Assembly: GCA_024137785.1 (NCBI GenBank)
Contig: JAHRHZ010000145.1
Location: 3,080,517-3,144,516, forward strand
DNA: 64,000 bases
Source of the DNA: Ginglymostoma cirratum
Taxonomy: Eukaryota
Reading direction: 5' to 3'
The position numbers and the translations under genes were made by a program. Shown piece after piece: positions 62,921 through 64,000 of this stretch. The notes beneath the pieces are model-generated. The model was not told where the DNA came from. It worked only from the letters and a program-made list of their open reading frames with translations, and did not search any database. Each line of letters opens with the position of its first letter. Position 1 is the first letter of the stretch.

Positions 62921-63794
62921 AAGGGATAGATATTGCAGCAGTAAGGCTGAATCCTGTTCACTACACTTTCTGATGCATGTTTACATTTAAAACATTTTTC
63001 CCCACAATGTTGCTAGAAGTCCAAGGTGATTACCCCACAGCTAGAATAACTGGACATTTGCAGCCTCGGTGAGCAATGCAATCAATATTGTATCACTTTA
63101 ACTAATGGGATGTGAGGACTGGAAAAAAAAAGCAAAGGAAGGGCTGAACAGATGAGTTAGAGTCAGATCCGGCACTGAAACATGAAAAGTGAGTATGAGG
63201 GAATGAATTAACCAGGAGATGAATAGAACAAAAGCAAAATATACTTAAGGAGTCAAAGTCTGTAATTTTTAAGATCACCCAAAACGAATCATAACCTGAA
63301 GGGATGAGATTCTACATTCAACTCTTTACTTTCAGGGCAAGCTTGATTGGCAGTCATTCTCAAGGACTATGTAATGGAAACAGTGCTTGTTACTGGGCTT
63401 AAATTCATGTGGCAAGTTTATTTAGGAATTAATGTCTAAATTTAGCAAGTTCATCAAAATTATGGATAGGTTAAACAAAAAAACATGATTTCTGTGAAAC
63501 CAAAGGCAGAGTGGTACAACTTAGTCAAAAACTTGTAGTGATTCACAATTCACAGGGTATCTCTTCCTTACTACAAGCTGTGGCCAATTTACATATTAAC
63601 AGTGTGGATAGCATGCAGACATCATTATTTTTCAGGCAAAGATCTAGCTTTGTAAAATCTTAATCGCAGGCTGGGCCTAATATTCAATAGCACAGCTACA
63701 CCAATGATTGTTTAAACAGGTAGATCGCTTCAGGTAAACACATTTCAAACTGAACAATCTGGATGTCTGAATCTTCACGTTACTATTTACGAAA

Positions 63795-64000
63795 GGTGGT
63801 AAGGAAGGGAACTATAGACCGATGAGCCTGACATCGGTGATGGGCAAGTTGTTGGAAGGGATTTTGAGGGGAAAGGATTTAGATGTCTTTGGAAAGGCAA
63901 GGGCTGATTAGGGAAAGTCAACATGGCTTTATGCATGGGAAACTGTGTCTCACTAACTTGATTGAGTTTTGTGAAGAAGTAACGAAGAGGATTAAAAACT
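63795..64000 (+). mobile_element. CR1 ORF2 RT fragment running off the window end
   Basis: GNYRPMSLTSVMGKLLEGIL..SQHGFMHGKLCLTNLIEFCEEV. Confidence 0.85.

Overview
This is AT-rich vertebrate genomic DNA, not prokaryotic. The repeat content (HE1/V-SINE-type SINEs, Deu-type SINEs, abundant CR1 LINEs, Penelope-like elements) points to a shark or other elasmobranch. The window lies inside one host gene on the minus strand, IKZF2 (Helios). Three internal coding exons are visible: ZF2-3 at 60167-60334, ZF4 at 12674-12808 and the next exon at 8406-8537. They are separated by a 47,358-bp and a ~4.1-kb intron, and the remaining exons fall outside the window. The introns hold nested, mostly decayed mobile elements: CR1 and L2 LINEs, two Penelope-like elements plus many short hammerhead-bearing derivatives, a Ty1/copia fossil, a Gypsy SCAN-like gag, a two-gene PIF/Harbinger, a Tigger and several SINE families. 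The most notable observations are (i) a near full-length U6 snRNA copy fused to a tRNA-derived SINE, with one A-rich tail and one pair of target-site duplications, (ii) a GalEa-like copia fossil, (iii) minimal hammerhead ribozyme motifs, one sense to the IKZF2 pre-mRNA, (iv) a ~150-bp inverted duplication that includes flanking DNA, and (v) splice-site oddities at all three IKZF2 exons. Exon boundaries and TSDs were read base by base. Other repeat boundaries are approximate, and family names come from motif recognition, not database searches.
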